Shown piece after piece: positions 12,901 to 25,075 of a DNA stretch of 64,000 nt. The first letter of the stretch is position 1, and each line of letters begins with the position of its first letter. Both the position numbers and the translations under genes were made by a program. Source of the stretch: Camelus ferus (Eukaryota); assembly GCF_009834535.1 (NCBI RefSeq), contig NC_045707.1, positions 52,268,001-52,332,000 on the forward strand. Reading direction: 5' to 3'. The notes beneath the pieces were generated by a model. That model was not told the origin of the DNA. It saw nothing but the letters and a program-made list of their open reading frames with translations, and did not search any database.

Positions 12901-15340
12901 ACACCTAGAAGGACAATATTATGCTTTTCTTAAATTATATTGTTTTATGTACTTAATTTTTTTCTTTGCATAAAGAAAGCAGCCTTAATGATTTTATGAT
13001 CCTAAAAAACTATTGATTCTTTTTATACTGCCGCTCCTTTAATTTTATTTTAGAAAAGAAAGATTAAATATATTAAAATTGTACCAGATTATCCACTAAC
13101 ACTTAAGCAAAAATCAAGTAGAACATTATAATATAGATTATTGTAATTTACTCTAAATTCATGTAACTTAAGAGTGAGAGGCAGTTATCTTATGGGCTAT
13201 GTACATTTTATTCTTATGTGTTATCATTTTCTGATACAAAGGGATTAAATAAATGTACTAAGGATTTAAATAAATGATGAATCTGGGTGAGAAAAGGATT
13301 GACTACTATGTATTTTTTATAAATCTTTTTACTCTAATGCTAAGGAGAAAAGGAATGGGAGACACTGACAGGAGGAACAAAAGGAATTGATTTGAGGAAG
13401 GGGGTTATGTATTAAGAACTTTGTCATACACTTTTTCTTAAATAATTTTATTCAATAAGAACATTCTGTAAACTACCACCTTTCTTTACTAGCTATCACT
13501 GTCTACTTAACTATCTGTCTATAATTGAGTTTTCTGAAAAAACACATAAAAATGTTAAAGACTTAATAGGTAATGGAACAGGGAGAGTTAAGTTCCCATT
13601 AGTTTAATTATTTTTCTAAATATTTACCTTATTTTTATAAGCAATTTTAATATTACATCCATTTTATTTAGGATTTTACTGAGATATTTAAAAATTCTAC
13701 AAATTGTTTTCTTTCTCTTTTATTTCCTGTTAGCGGGTGTGCATATGACTAAATGGTATTATATAAATAAATAGTTAACATAAAAGACAACTTCCATCAG
13801 AATATTTTTGTGGGCTTTATTAAGTCTTTCATATCCGTCTGAAATTATACTACCCATAGCACCTCATGCATTGCTGAATTTTACAATAACATTTTAAGCT
13901 CTGATGCAAAACCAGTAAAAATGAGCAGTGTTTGTGAAGAGCTTATAATCTTTTAAATAATTACTTGAATAATGAATAAAATCTGGAATTAGCTCCCCTC
14001 CCCCTTTTCTAGCAATAAACTTGCCTATGTACACAGAAACTGAAGCAGGCATTATTATAAATTTGAAACTGATATATTCACAATCTAAATCTAAAGTACC
14101 TTATCTCATGCTACTACAATTTTACAACTTTAAAAATGGATGCTCTGTGACTCACATAGGAACACATTCCTGAGCTACCAAAAATGATAAGAGATAGTGT
14201 CTGGGGAATATGCTTTTTGATTTCAAGTCAAAGCAAATGAACTGGTCTTCTTGCTGATCACTTCCACTGAATTTCAACAGAGCAGCAATACTGACAAATC
14301 TAACAGCAGGAGCTTCAATTAAAAAAAAATTAAAGAACCTCTAAGTTCATTTTTTTCTAAACAAATTCAATATAATACTGATCTTACTGCCATCTCTTAA
14401 AAATACAAGAAAAAGATAAAACTGTTGATAAGACTGACTAAAAAAGGAATAGTAACCGTGTTTCTTGTGTGTTTAAAGTAGTGATTTAGAGTAGAGAAAC
14501 ATGTAAATAGCTGTCTGATCTCAAAGGTACAATTTAAGAATATTTTTCAAAAGAACATAATGATACTTGAATAAATATAATTTATAAAAGCCATTTCCAG
14601 CATTTCATTTAAACATCTATCTAGTACTGTTTCAATGATATCTCCCAATTTTCTCATTAAAATTTTAAAAAATTCCAAACCATCAAGATACTTCCTAAAA
14701 CTTTGTAAAAGCCAAATAAAAAGTTTCATTTAATCTGGAAAATAAAACAAATTCTTATATCTGCATCCAGGAGTAAATTACCCACTTTAATGTCATTGCA
14801 TATCTCAAATTAAATCAAAATAAGGAGCTAGAAGAATAAGAATATGAATGTTGTATTTTAGATACAAGATATTATGGCCTTTAGAAAGCATACCTTAGGT
14901 AACTAGGTATTTAAATCATTTAATTCATTTCATCTTAGTTATTTGCTCATTATTTGATTGCAAAATGATGAATGGCTGAGCTCTGTAGCAAAGAAGGCAT
15001 ATTTGAACTCTTGAATTAACCATAGTTATATCATATTTTAAGAAACTGAGGTAACCCATGCAAGTAGAAAATATATCTTAGATCAAATGTTTGCTCATGA
15101 AACTGAAATGATCTTATATTTTAAAATAGAAATTATCACATTATTTTATCTATTCTTGTGTCAATTTTTTAAACAATTTTTTTACACATAGGTTTTAGAG
15201 AAGGTTGAAAAACAAAACAGAAGGATAGATACCTTAAGACCCTTTTATTATAAAAAGTTATAGTACATTTTAGAGGATTTAAAAATATATAGACTTCATA
15301 TTAAAATTTATCTAGATTTTTTAAATATCTATTAAAAATA

Positions 15341-15695
15341 AATTGACCTAAAACATACTGCCAGATAGTTTTCCAGCAAAGATGGGTTTATTCAGGATCA
15401 ACAGACAATTATAATTTGGCGTCTGGAACCATGGTGAGTCACATGCAAGTTCCTTGCACAACAAGAGAAGAATTATTTTTTTTTAAATTGAAGAATTTTT
15501 TATAGAAAGAATAAGGAAGTTGAGAAGGCTGTAATGAACAAGGTGTCCATGACTTTTCATTGGCTGAGTCCTTGCTAGGAAAGGAGTCTTTCTTCTTTCT
15601 ATTAGGCTTTGCTGTTATTGCAAGGCATGAGAGCCTCCTCTTCTGGTCTCCTGACTCTATTTATAACTGAGATTTCTGTTATTACTTTTTTTACA
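15341..15695 (-). mobile_element. 3' LTR of the provirus
   Basis: Homologous to 19601-19957 (17 mismatches in an 83-bp ungapped block counted by hand) and preceded on the minus strand by the PPT. Confidence 0.9.
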
Positions 15696-16088
15696 TTTCC
15701 CCTTTTGATTAAGATCTTTCTCAGAAAGAATAATTGACCAAGAATCAGGTTTTCCAGTTTCCAGTGGCTTTTTGTCTCACAGTGCCAGGAAGGACCTTTC
15801 TTGGGCATAATGTCTCATGTCAAAGGAAAAGTACACAGATGGGAAACTTATTGGGTTACATTGGGTTGCTCCTGTGAGTAACCAGGAGGAGCAGAAGGGA
15901 GAATTCTCAGGCTTCTTTTTTTTATCTAAAGTTTGTATGTTATCAAGATTGTAGACACTGGAGGTGATCTGAAGTGCTATCTTACCATCAAAGATTTGGT
16001 GGTAGACTTCCAACAGGCCTTGTATGGATAACTTGGGAAAGCTGTCTCATCAGATGGCATCAGCTCCAATTTGGGGAAATCTTTACTC

Positions 16089-19000
16089 TCAGGTAACCAC
16101 ATGATGTGTGGGTCCGGTCAGTATTCTGGGTTTTTTTGTGTTTTTGTGTTTTTTTGTTTTTTTTAGGTGTGTTACATGAATCCAAGAGCCTATTCCTTGA
16201 TGTTTGGTAGCACAAGGATTGGTTACCAATACTTGATAGGAGTCTTTCCAGTGAGGTTGAAGAGAGTTCTTCTGGAGATATCTTTTCCAATAGACAAAAT
16301 CTCCAGTTTGCAAGGTGTGATGCTCAAGGTCTTCATCTGCTAAGAGTGTACTGTGAAAAGATTACTTTACCAAAATATGATTATTTTTAATACAAGCAAT
16401 TAAACCTTTGCAGTATTAAAGTATCTCTCCTTTTATCAGTTTTGGATCAAAAGAAGCAGGAGCCAAGTGCATTTAGCATCCTGTGACTATCTCATGGGGT
16501 GAGAGTTTATGAGTTCCAAAAGGAATGGATGCGACAATTATAAGGATTAACAGCAGTGTTTTTGGCCAAGGTATCCAAACGGCCTCTACACATTTTTCCA
16601 ATTGAGTCATAGTAATGCAATTAATATATTTGACTAAGCCAGAAGACTGAGGAGAATGAGTACAGTGAAAATATTGTAAAAGCAGCCGAACAGTGCAGAC
16701 TTGTCAAAGTAACTTGGCCAGTAAAATGGGTTCCTTGATCACTATACATTTCAAAAGGAGTTCCCCAGATAGGGGTAATATTTTCCAAAAGGTCTTTAGC
16801 CAAGAAGAGGGAGTAGACTGCAATGGAAGGCTTCGGTCCAGTGTGGAAACACACAGACCATGCCTAAAATATATTTTATTTATGAGATGGAGTAAGTTGT
16901 ATGAAATCCATTTGCCATACCTCCAGTGGTCTACTCAGCAGTTTAAAATGTCCACTAGCAGTGCAAACAGGCTTCCCTGTGTCATACTTCTGACAAGTGG
17001 GGCAAGAGAAGCAGGCCCTTTTTGCAGCCTTATTAACGTTTTCTCACCAATATTGATTCATGAATGCTATCATTTTGTCAGCAGACCGACGATTTAATGT
17101 AAGTATAGAAGTGAGGATTGGGAATTTTAGAGTCTCCATTGGGACTGAGTGATACTTGGTCTAAACCAGAGCTTTCTGTTTTTATCAAACCACTAATTGT
17201 TGAATTTCTAGTCCTGTTTTTCCTTTTCTGAGGCCAATTGCTCATTTCTGTACCCAAATTCTTGTTAGCATTTGTGGAAATACACCTTTGGGCCATGGGA
17301 GAGGTTTGGCTGCTGTTACTTTCTTTAAGGGCAGCATTCCTTGCAGAAACATCAGCATGGTGATTTCCCTTAGCTTCCAGAGAGTCAAGTTTAGAATCCC
17401 CCAGAATCTTAAAAGTAGCTAAAGCAGCAGGTAAAAGTTTTTCATCTAATAATTCATGAATATAGGGGCCATATTTAATTTTATTTCCCCTAATAGTAAG
17501 GAAGCCATATTTCTCCCCAAATATTCCAAAATCATGAACCACTCCCAAAGCATATATACTATCAGTATAATATATGGCAGTTTTGTCCTTGGCTAAAGTA
17601 CAAGCCTGTGTAGGAGTGTGTTCAGCTTATCAGGCTGAAGCAGTCATAGGTAAGGATGCTTCCACAATAACATCAAAAGGAGTTGCAGTAGCACAGCCAG
17701 CACAACATTTCACAATGTCACCTTTTAAATAAGAACTACCAGTGAACCATGGAAGTCAGCGTTGCCCAAAGGAACTTCCTGAAGATCATCATGAGCAATC
17801 AGGAGGTGGTCTGTGAGCATTAAGCTGTCAAGAGAGACTAACTTGGGTCACAGATGGGAGAAGAGTGGCACGGTTAAGGTTATCACAATGTGAAAGAGTT
17901 CCGTGAGGGGCAGTTAAGAAAAGAATTTCATAGATGGTGAGATGACTTCCTGGGAAATGTTGAGTGTGATGAGGATTCAGGAGAGTTTTTCTATTGTATG
18001 ACGTACAAAAAGGATTAAAGGTGATCCCACTATGGTTTTCTCAGTAGTCTTAACTAAAAGGGCAATGGCCATAATAGCTCTAAGGCAATGGGAGTTACCC
18101 TCCTGCTCCAGGGTCCAGTTGCTGGCTATAGTACCCTAAGGGTTGATGGTCAGTTTCCAAGTGAGTACCCCGGGGAAATTCTCTCCCTTTTCATATACAA
18201 AAAAAGGAAAAAGAAACTCTGATCATTGGTATGCCCAAGGGCATTTGCATTCATCAAACTCTCCATAAACCTTGAAAACTATGATGTCTGATTCTTCTCA
18301 TAAATTGGGTTCGAGTTGTTTTTGTTTAGTAAAACATACAGAGGTTTGGCCATAAGAAAAAAAAAATTGGAATCCAATTTCAGCAATAATCAACTAGACG
18401 AGAAAATCTCACAGTTGATGCTTAGTTTTGGATCTAGATGTAGCCTTTGTTCTGATATCAGATGCCCTAAATATCAAAACTGGGTTTGGGCAAACTATAA
18501 TTTTTCTATGGCTATCTTATGTCTCTTTAAAGCTAAAAGCTTTAACAAGTGGATGCTGTCAAATCATCCACACGTTGCAACAAAGTAGGACCTCTAGAGA
18601 ACTTTATTTCATCCAGATCAGCCTTCAGGATCTTCAGGAAATAGGAAGGACTCTTCAGTAAAACCCTGAAGCATTACTGTGTTTCCTCCCAAGTGAAGGC
18701 ATAAAGATACTGGTTAGCTTCATCAACTGCAGTGCTAAAGAGTGCACTGCATAAATCAGTTTCAGTAAAGAATTTGTTTCCTGTGTGAATGGATTTTAGT
18801 GACATATGGGGGTTAGGAACAACAGGGTGTCGACGGATAGCAATGTTGTTTATCGCTAGAGAGTCCTGGGCAAACGTCCACTCTCAGCCCTTAGGTTTTC
18901 TCACTGGTAAAATGAGTGTTACAGGGGCTAGTACAAGGGATAATGAGATCTTGACCTTTGTAATCTTCTATTGTGGGTTTTATGCTTTGAAAGTCTTCTT
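16089..19000 (-). pseudogene. pol: Decayed retroviral pol (RT, RNase H, integrase)
   Basis: Manual translation gives LIIPCTSPCNT, HPVVPNP, DLCSALFS...YAFTWE, MLQGF and LLQRVDDL (decayed YVDD, 18560-18583). Track ORFs give RNase H (GVVHDFG...EAKGNHHAD), IN core (YSDQGTHFTGQ) and IN C-terminus (GDFVYWK...LQPHWKDSYQVL...WIHVTHLKK). There are many stops and frameshifts. Confidence 0.92.
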
Positions 19001-19600
19001 TACTTATACAAGATTGATTCATCCTGGGAAGAGATTTTGAGGAGTCTGATTGAATCTTGATGGGAGATAAGCTATGAATTTTGCCGATAGAGGTTGGAGA
19101 TTTTGTCCATAAGGAAGGTGTTTTCTGATCAATAGGAGGAAGACAAAGGTTTTTTTCAGCCAGTTTCCAGAGAACAGCCCCTACTCCACAGGCTGAACTG
19201 GCGCAGTTTCAAGTAGACCCTGTTCTGGAAGGAATGGGACAAAGGCTAGCCAATTTCAGGAGAAACAGCCCCTATTCCCCCCAAAATGAGCTGAAGGCTT
19301 AGGCTAGCTTCAATTGAAACACTGTGACCTCAAAATCAGACCAAAATGCCAAATACTTGCATACAGAATGAGGCCTTAACCAGAAAACAAAGCCTGAAAA
19401 TAGATCCTGAATAAAGCCTGGAGGGCTTCAGATGCAAAGAGGATATGAGCTCAAACTCAGGAAAAAGGTGTACCTTCAAACCCTTGGGTCAGCAAGAAAA
19501 GCAGTGACCAAAAGGGAATCAAATGTGGGTACTCTACCTGCTTACTCATCAGCCCTGGAACTTTTGGGGGTCTTCTCTGGTCCTCCTATAGCCACCAAAA

Positions 19601-19957
19601 TGCTGACTTAAAACAAATAGACTTTCAGATATTTCTCCAGCAAAAATGGATTTATTCTGGATCAGCAGAGAATAGCAATTCGGGGTCTGCAAACATACTG
19701 AATCACATGCAAGTCCCCCTCCCTCCCCAGCCCCAACGACAAAGGAAGACAAATAGTTTCATAGAGGGGGGAAAGGAGGTTGGGAGGGCTATAGCTCAGA
19801 GTCCAATGGCTTTTCATTGGCTGAGTCTTTGCCAGGAAAGAAGAGGGGTCATTCTTCCTCCTGTTGGGCTCTGCTGTTATCACAAGACATGGGAGCTCCC
19901 CCTTCTGGTCTCCTGACTCTTATTTAATTGAGGTTTCTATTGATTAATTTTTTTACA
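19601..19957 (-). mobile_element. 5' LTR of the provirus
   Basis: On the minus strand it begins TGTAAAA and ends TCAGCA. It contains AATAAA and CCAAT, and aligns end to end with 15341-15695. Confidence 0.9.
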
Positions 19958-20274
19958 AAACGTTTACACAAACTTTTAGAATGTCAAATTAGGAGACTGT
20001 TTTTACATTCTTTTGAAGCCTTCTACTTGATTTTATGTATCTTACTAGTTGAGGAATAGAATAGAATTAAATTATGCACATTATACAGCTGGTAGATTTT
20101 GATCCAGTAAGGAAAATGAAATGGTAACAATTAGAGGTAAATAAAAATATAAATTGCACTTTCCATTATTCACAAAGAAGGGGCTTTACCACCTTTTAGG
20201 GCTCTTAGTAGGTAATTTATGTGTAAATTTTAATGAAAGATAAGATATAACCCAACTCTAAAACTTGTTCTGTG

Positions 20275-20510
20275 AGAGGGTATAGAACATTAAGATTTTG
20301 GAATCATATTGATCAAATGTGAGTCTTAGCTCCACCACTGACCAACAGTGAGACATTAAGCATGCTTCTTAACCTCTTTAAGCCAACTTTCCTACCTGTA
20401 AATTTGGGATAAAAATGATTCCCTGTAGTACTAGTATGCAGGCAAAAAGAGATAATGCTGAAAAAGCATAACCTTTGGACACATGCTAAGTTCTTAATAA
20501 ATTTCAGTTA
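20275..20510. mobile_element. MIR SINE
   Basis: CTTAACCTCTTTAAGCC...TTCCTACCTGTAAATTTGGGATAA core. Confidence 0.7.
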
Positions 20511-21269
20511 TTTTTTTTTTTACCATGAAAGCATTGACTATTAATAAACTAATCATATTCAATAGAAATGTGTCTTATTAAATATTTTTCCTTAAATGTT
20601 TATGCAAATAATCTTCTTATGTAGTATAATTTGAGTAAAGAAAGATAACAGTAACATCTCTTCTGACTAGAATTCCAACCAAAATCTCGAGTTATTTATT
20701 CATTCCCTTGGGTTAATGGTTGTTATTTAAAACAAGTACAAACCTCTGAAAAGGATGAATTAAGCCATTATCAGACATCAACATTTTTGTTCAGATAGAA
20801 TTGTCAGATTAGTTTCCTTCATCACTTTGGGAGTGAGGGAAAGAGACACAAGTAAGTGGATTTAGAGGAAAGTATGATGAAGGATGTCTTGTAGTGTAAG
20901 AAAGGAGAGCTGGGTCAGAGGTTTCCAGTGTAGAACTGTAGATTTTGGTCCATCCTTTCTGAGGTTTACTGTGTTCCATGGACAAAAGAGAAGCAGTAAG
21001 AACCATGGAGCAGGTTTTCCATAAATCTAAGTTCATGCAACATTTTGTGAAGTTATACCCTTACTAATTTATGGGAATTGAAATTTCATTTCTTTTTTGA
21101 AATTATAGTGGATGATTTTGTTTTAAAGTATTACTCATTGAATCCTAAAATATTGGGCATTTTCAGTAAGAAGGCTATTGAGTCTCTTCGAATTTTAAGA
21201 TACTTCTTGTGAAGAAGGGGAACTACAAGTTGCTGACACAGTAATGAGTTTCCCAGGTAACTAACAAAA

Positions 21270-22000
21270 ATTTGTTCATTCACTAAATACACATTCATTC
21301 ATTTACTTATTTAAAAACTAGACACTATTTTAGGTGTCAGGAACAGAGCAGGAATCAAGAAAAATCCTTACTACCATTACATTTTAAATTATTATATTAG
21401 AAATTAAATTACTATAATGGAAGAAGCCATTGGGGGGAAAACAGTGTTACTCTTCTTGGCTGTAATAAATGCTAAGTGATTATAAAACAGGTAAAAGAGT
21501 GAAGGAGAAAGGCATGTTTCTGGAGTCAATAAATGCCTCTCTGAAGAAATAATATTTGAGCTTATATCTGAATGATATGAAAGAATCATCCATTGCCACT
21601 TTTGATAAAATTGCAAAGTGAAAAAATTTGAGGGGTTGTTGGGGTAACAACATGAAAGAATATGTAGGATATATGTGTGATATCAAGAAATTTACTATCA
21701 CTTAGATATTGAGCTAGTGAAAAAGTGACTGCAGGAAAAAAAACTAAAGAAATGGTTAGGAATCGACTCATGAAGAGCCTATATTCCATGCTAAATGTGA
21801 TAAACCTTTTAAATTTTATCCTAAAAGCAACAGGAAGGAATTATGAAGGGAAATTATGTGATCAGAATTGCACTGTAGTAAGATAAATCAAATCTCCAGC
21901 ATCATGGAGAAGTTGGTATGTGAAGGAGATAGGAAGGTCATATAGGGGTCTGTTGTAATAAGTTCTTCCTTGAAAGATACCTGTGTGAGCTTCAATGGGA
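21270..22000. mobile_element. L2 fragment
   Basis: CATTCATTCATT tail and TTTTATCCTAAAAGCAACAGGAAG...ATCAGAATTGCA motif. Confidence 0.55.
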
Positions 22001-22580
22001 GCACAAAAAAAAAAAAAAAGAAAGAAAGAAAAAGTGAATTATATCAGCAGTGGGTCAAAAAGTACTTCCTTGCAGAAAACATTTAACCTGAGTTTTTTGA
22101 GTAGCTGCTGCATCTTGAAAAATAGGGTTGGCTGATAGAAGTTGAAATCCCAGGTAAAATGGGAAGAATAGGAAAAAGCACATAGAAAACATGTCTTGAT
22201 CACTAACTAATGCTTTATTGCTAAGGTGTAAGCCCATACAAGTAAAGGTCAGAAATAAAACAGGCAGTCTCATCTCTTGAGAGTGATAAACACCAGCAGC
22301 CTAACAGCCATTAATAACGGGGACCTGGAGTGATTCTGAACAATGAATGTAACAGTGGAACTTTAAACTGTTTATGAGGAAGATGTGCCATTATGATGGT
22401 GTGGGTGGGTGTGAGAGGAAGTGTACTGCATTCTACATATAATATAATGTAATTTACTACACTATACTACAACATAATATAGTCAATTTTTTGTTGTTGT
22501 TGTCAGTGTCTTAGATCTGGAAGCTTTCACTTAATTCAATTACATAGTAAACTCATAGTACCAAAAAACACCATAATATT

Positions 22581-22832
22581 TGAAATAAAATTCATATATT
22601 TAATTTACATGGTTCAGAAATTGGGCTCAAAATGAGGAAGTGTGTTTGAACAATCAGAGTGGTCCAAGAGTGAAGCTGGCTGACGGATGCCAGCACCATC
22701 CCTTCCAGAGAGCCAGCTTGTGCTCGATGTCATCAGACATCAGGGCCAGTGATGGGTCACCCAGCTGTGTGACAGCTTCTCCCTCAAGCACAGGCAGTGC
22801 CGTTCCAGTACTATTTCATTCTGTGAAAAGTG
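22581..22832 (-). other. Candidate terminal exon of an unidentified transcript
   Basis: Acceptor CTTTGTTTTCCAG, then TGTA + ATTAAA (22599-22609), CA about 17 nt downstream, and a GU-rich TGGTGTTTTTTGG tract. Confidence 0.3.
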
Positions 22833-24284
22833 CTGGAAAACAAAGTTCAGGCTAACCAGAAACATTATCTTTTTCAATGAGGTGTATATTTGAACTGAGT
22901 ATGGACAATAAGAAAGTCCTCATAAAATACATTATGTATTTTATATTACCCAGGGAAAGCTAAATCAAATAAATCCATCCTCACAGAACCAATTTCTCCT
23001 TCATAACTTGTTTGTGTGTTTCTACCTTCTTCCTTTGATTTCTCTAAGAGGTTTTCAGCAAAAGTATCTTCAATGGAAATTTAATGTAAGGCTTTGCTTT
23101 GCCTTGAGTTAAGTTAAATTTGTTGTTTTATTTCTAAAAGCTGAACATAAGATGTACATGGAGAAAGAAAAGGAGAATTGTGAGATTTCTTATTGCAAAA
23201 ATGCAGTTAAATAGTGTATTTAAAAATTTTTTGATTTTGGCATCTAGTAGCAGTTCTTTGAAAGTATTTCTGTTAAAAAGCACGTTAAACTGTAAAATGT
23301 CAGATTGGAATGTTCTTTACTTGCATGAAACACCCGTTAATTAACTTATTGAAAATTCACTTTTTTACAAGGTGGTTTATTCCAATGTTATTTATTAAAA
23401 AAGACTTCCAAATTTGCAACCAAAGTTGACTCATACCCCACACTCCAACTTCTCATATCCTAATTCAAAAAAAAAAAGGATGTTGTGTTGTTACCAGTGT
23501 AATGTATGCCCAACATCAAAACTACCGTGTCAGAAGTACTTCCTTCCCACTCTCGATCCCATTCCCCAGAAGAAAACACTCTGCCTTAACTTGTGTGTTA
23601 CATTTTCTGACATATTCAAATCCCTTAATAAAATACTTATACTGTATCTTTATCATTTTTTAGAGAGCACCTGCCTTTCCTCAACTAGGAATTTATATCC
23701 ATTCCAGAAATTTGTATTCCTATTTATTTAGCCCCAAGCTTGCATTTCTTGCTTTTTCAACTAGTGATAGGTCTTTTGACTTTCCTCTTTAAAATGATAA
23801 CCCCGTCCTTCCTTGAACTCTGCTTTCCCTTCGGTCTCACCACTGTAGTTACATTTTTGTTTAAGTTTATTAGCATTTAAATACTCTCCTGAAACAATTC
23901 TTGTCTTCCAACCCTTGCAAACAGATTGATGATAAGAGTTAAAATTGGTATGCAAATTAGCTTTATGTAAATATATTTACTGTAGTCAGTGGTCATTTCA
24001 TTTTTCTTCCTGTTCAGCTGTGCTTTTCTGGAATTTTTTTTATTTCTTTTTTTTTCTTAATCATTGTCTTACGTTTGTTTAATCTTTCAGCTCAAGGTTT
24101 TTATTTTATTTTTCTAAATTGCATCTGCTTTTGCTTTAGGAACACTTACCTTCCTGCTCCACTCCAGAAAAGGTTGTTTCTGTGCCTGAAGTGATAATGT
24201 ATAAATTTCCTGTCTTTATTTTCTATTTTTGAAGCTACTCTACCTCAGGTTACTTACCATTCTTTTTTTCGATGTGCCCTCTAC

Positions 24285-25075
24285 CCTAGCTGGGTCCCCT
24301 GGAAAGCAGACTCTGAGATATAGATTTGAATGTAGGAGGTTTTTAGAGTGAAAGAAAAGGAAATGGAGGAAGTTGAATGGAGATACAGTCATAATGAAGG
24401 CTTCAGCTGGGATGATCCTTCTGTGTCTTCCTGAGCTGAGCGAGGGTAGGAAGTTCAGTCTTTGTATCAGCACATTGATTATTCCTGGGGTGGGTACCAC
24501 CCTAGAAAGGGGACATCCTACCTGGAGTGAGGTAGTTTTCTTCAGCTGCAGCATCACAGTAAGGAGGTTACAGGTAAGGGCTCTCTCCCAGCAGCAGTCC
24601 CAGCAGCTGAAAAATCAAATCCTTTGTTCTGAAGAGGGTCCTGGGCAGCATAATACAGTATCCGTCACAATCTGTACCACACACACGGGGATCTTCTAGG
24701 ATTCTGCGCACTCTCTTTTTCTTTGGGAACCTTGGGAGAGGAAGCCGTCACCACTGCAGCTGGTCTCAGGTTGCAACTGTTATTCATTGTAATCTTCCTC
24801 TCCTACCCATTCTAAAGCCCCTTACCCTCAGCTGGCACCTCTGCTGACCTCATGGACTTGATCAATTGACCCAAACCCTCATCCTTAAAGGTCTAAGTCC
24901 TTGAACATCATGCTTTTCTCCACCAGGCCTGTTGAACTTGTCTGTTTATTATCAATATGGAGCAAGGGACCAGCAAGAGGGGCTCACTACCCAAACATGT
25001 TTCTTTCTGCCTGCACTGGGTAAGAGCAGCCTTGCTTCCTGAAGATCAGATCAGTTATCCCTGCCGGGACTATTA
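24285..25075. mobile_element. MaLR/ERVL-type LTR with adjoining internal fragment, nested in old L1
   Basis: GGGTCCCCTGGAAAGCAGACTCTGAGA opening typical of MLT-type LTRs, and GC-richer than the flanks. Confidence 0.6.

Larger units (their letters stand above)
15341..19957 (-). mobile_element. Endogenous retrovirus, class I (gamma-like/ERV1), internally deleted provirus
   Basis: Paired LTRs, TGG immediately inside the 5' LTR, PPT AAAAGGGGAAA abutting the 3' LTR (about 15696-15706), and pol homology between them. Confidence 0.93.

Noticed and set aside
15700..16090. Domesticated env/syncytin-like gene
   Set aside because: Too short, with no signal peptide, furin site, CX6CC or TM motif visible.
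16693..19040. Plus-strand ORFs within the provirus
   Set aside because: Antisense to decayed pol, with no recognisable domain.
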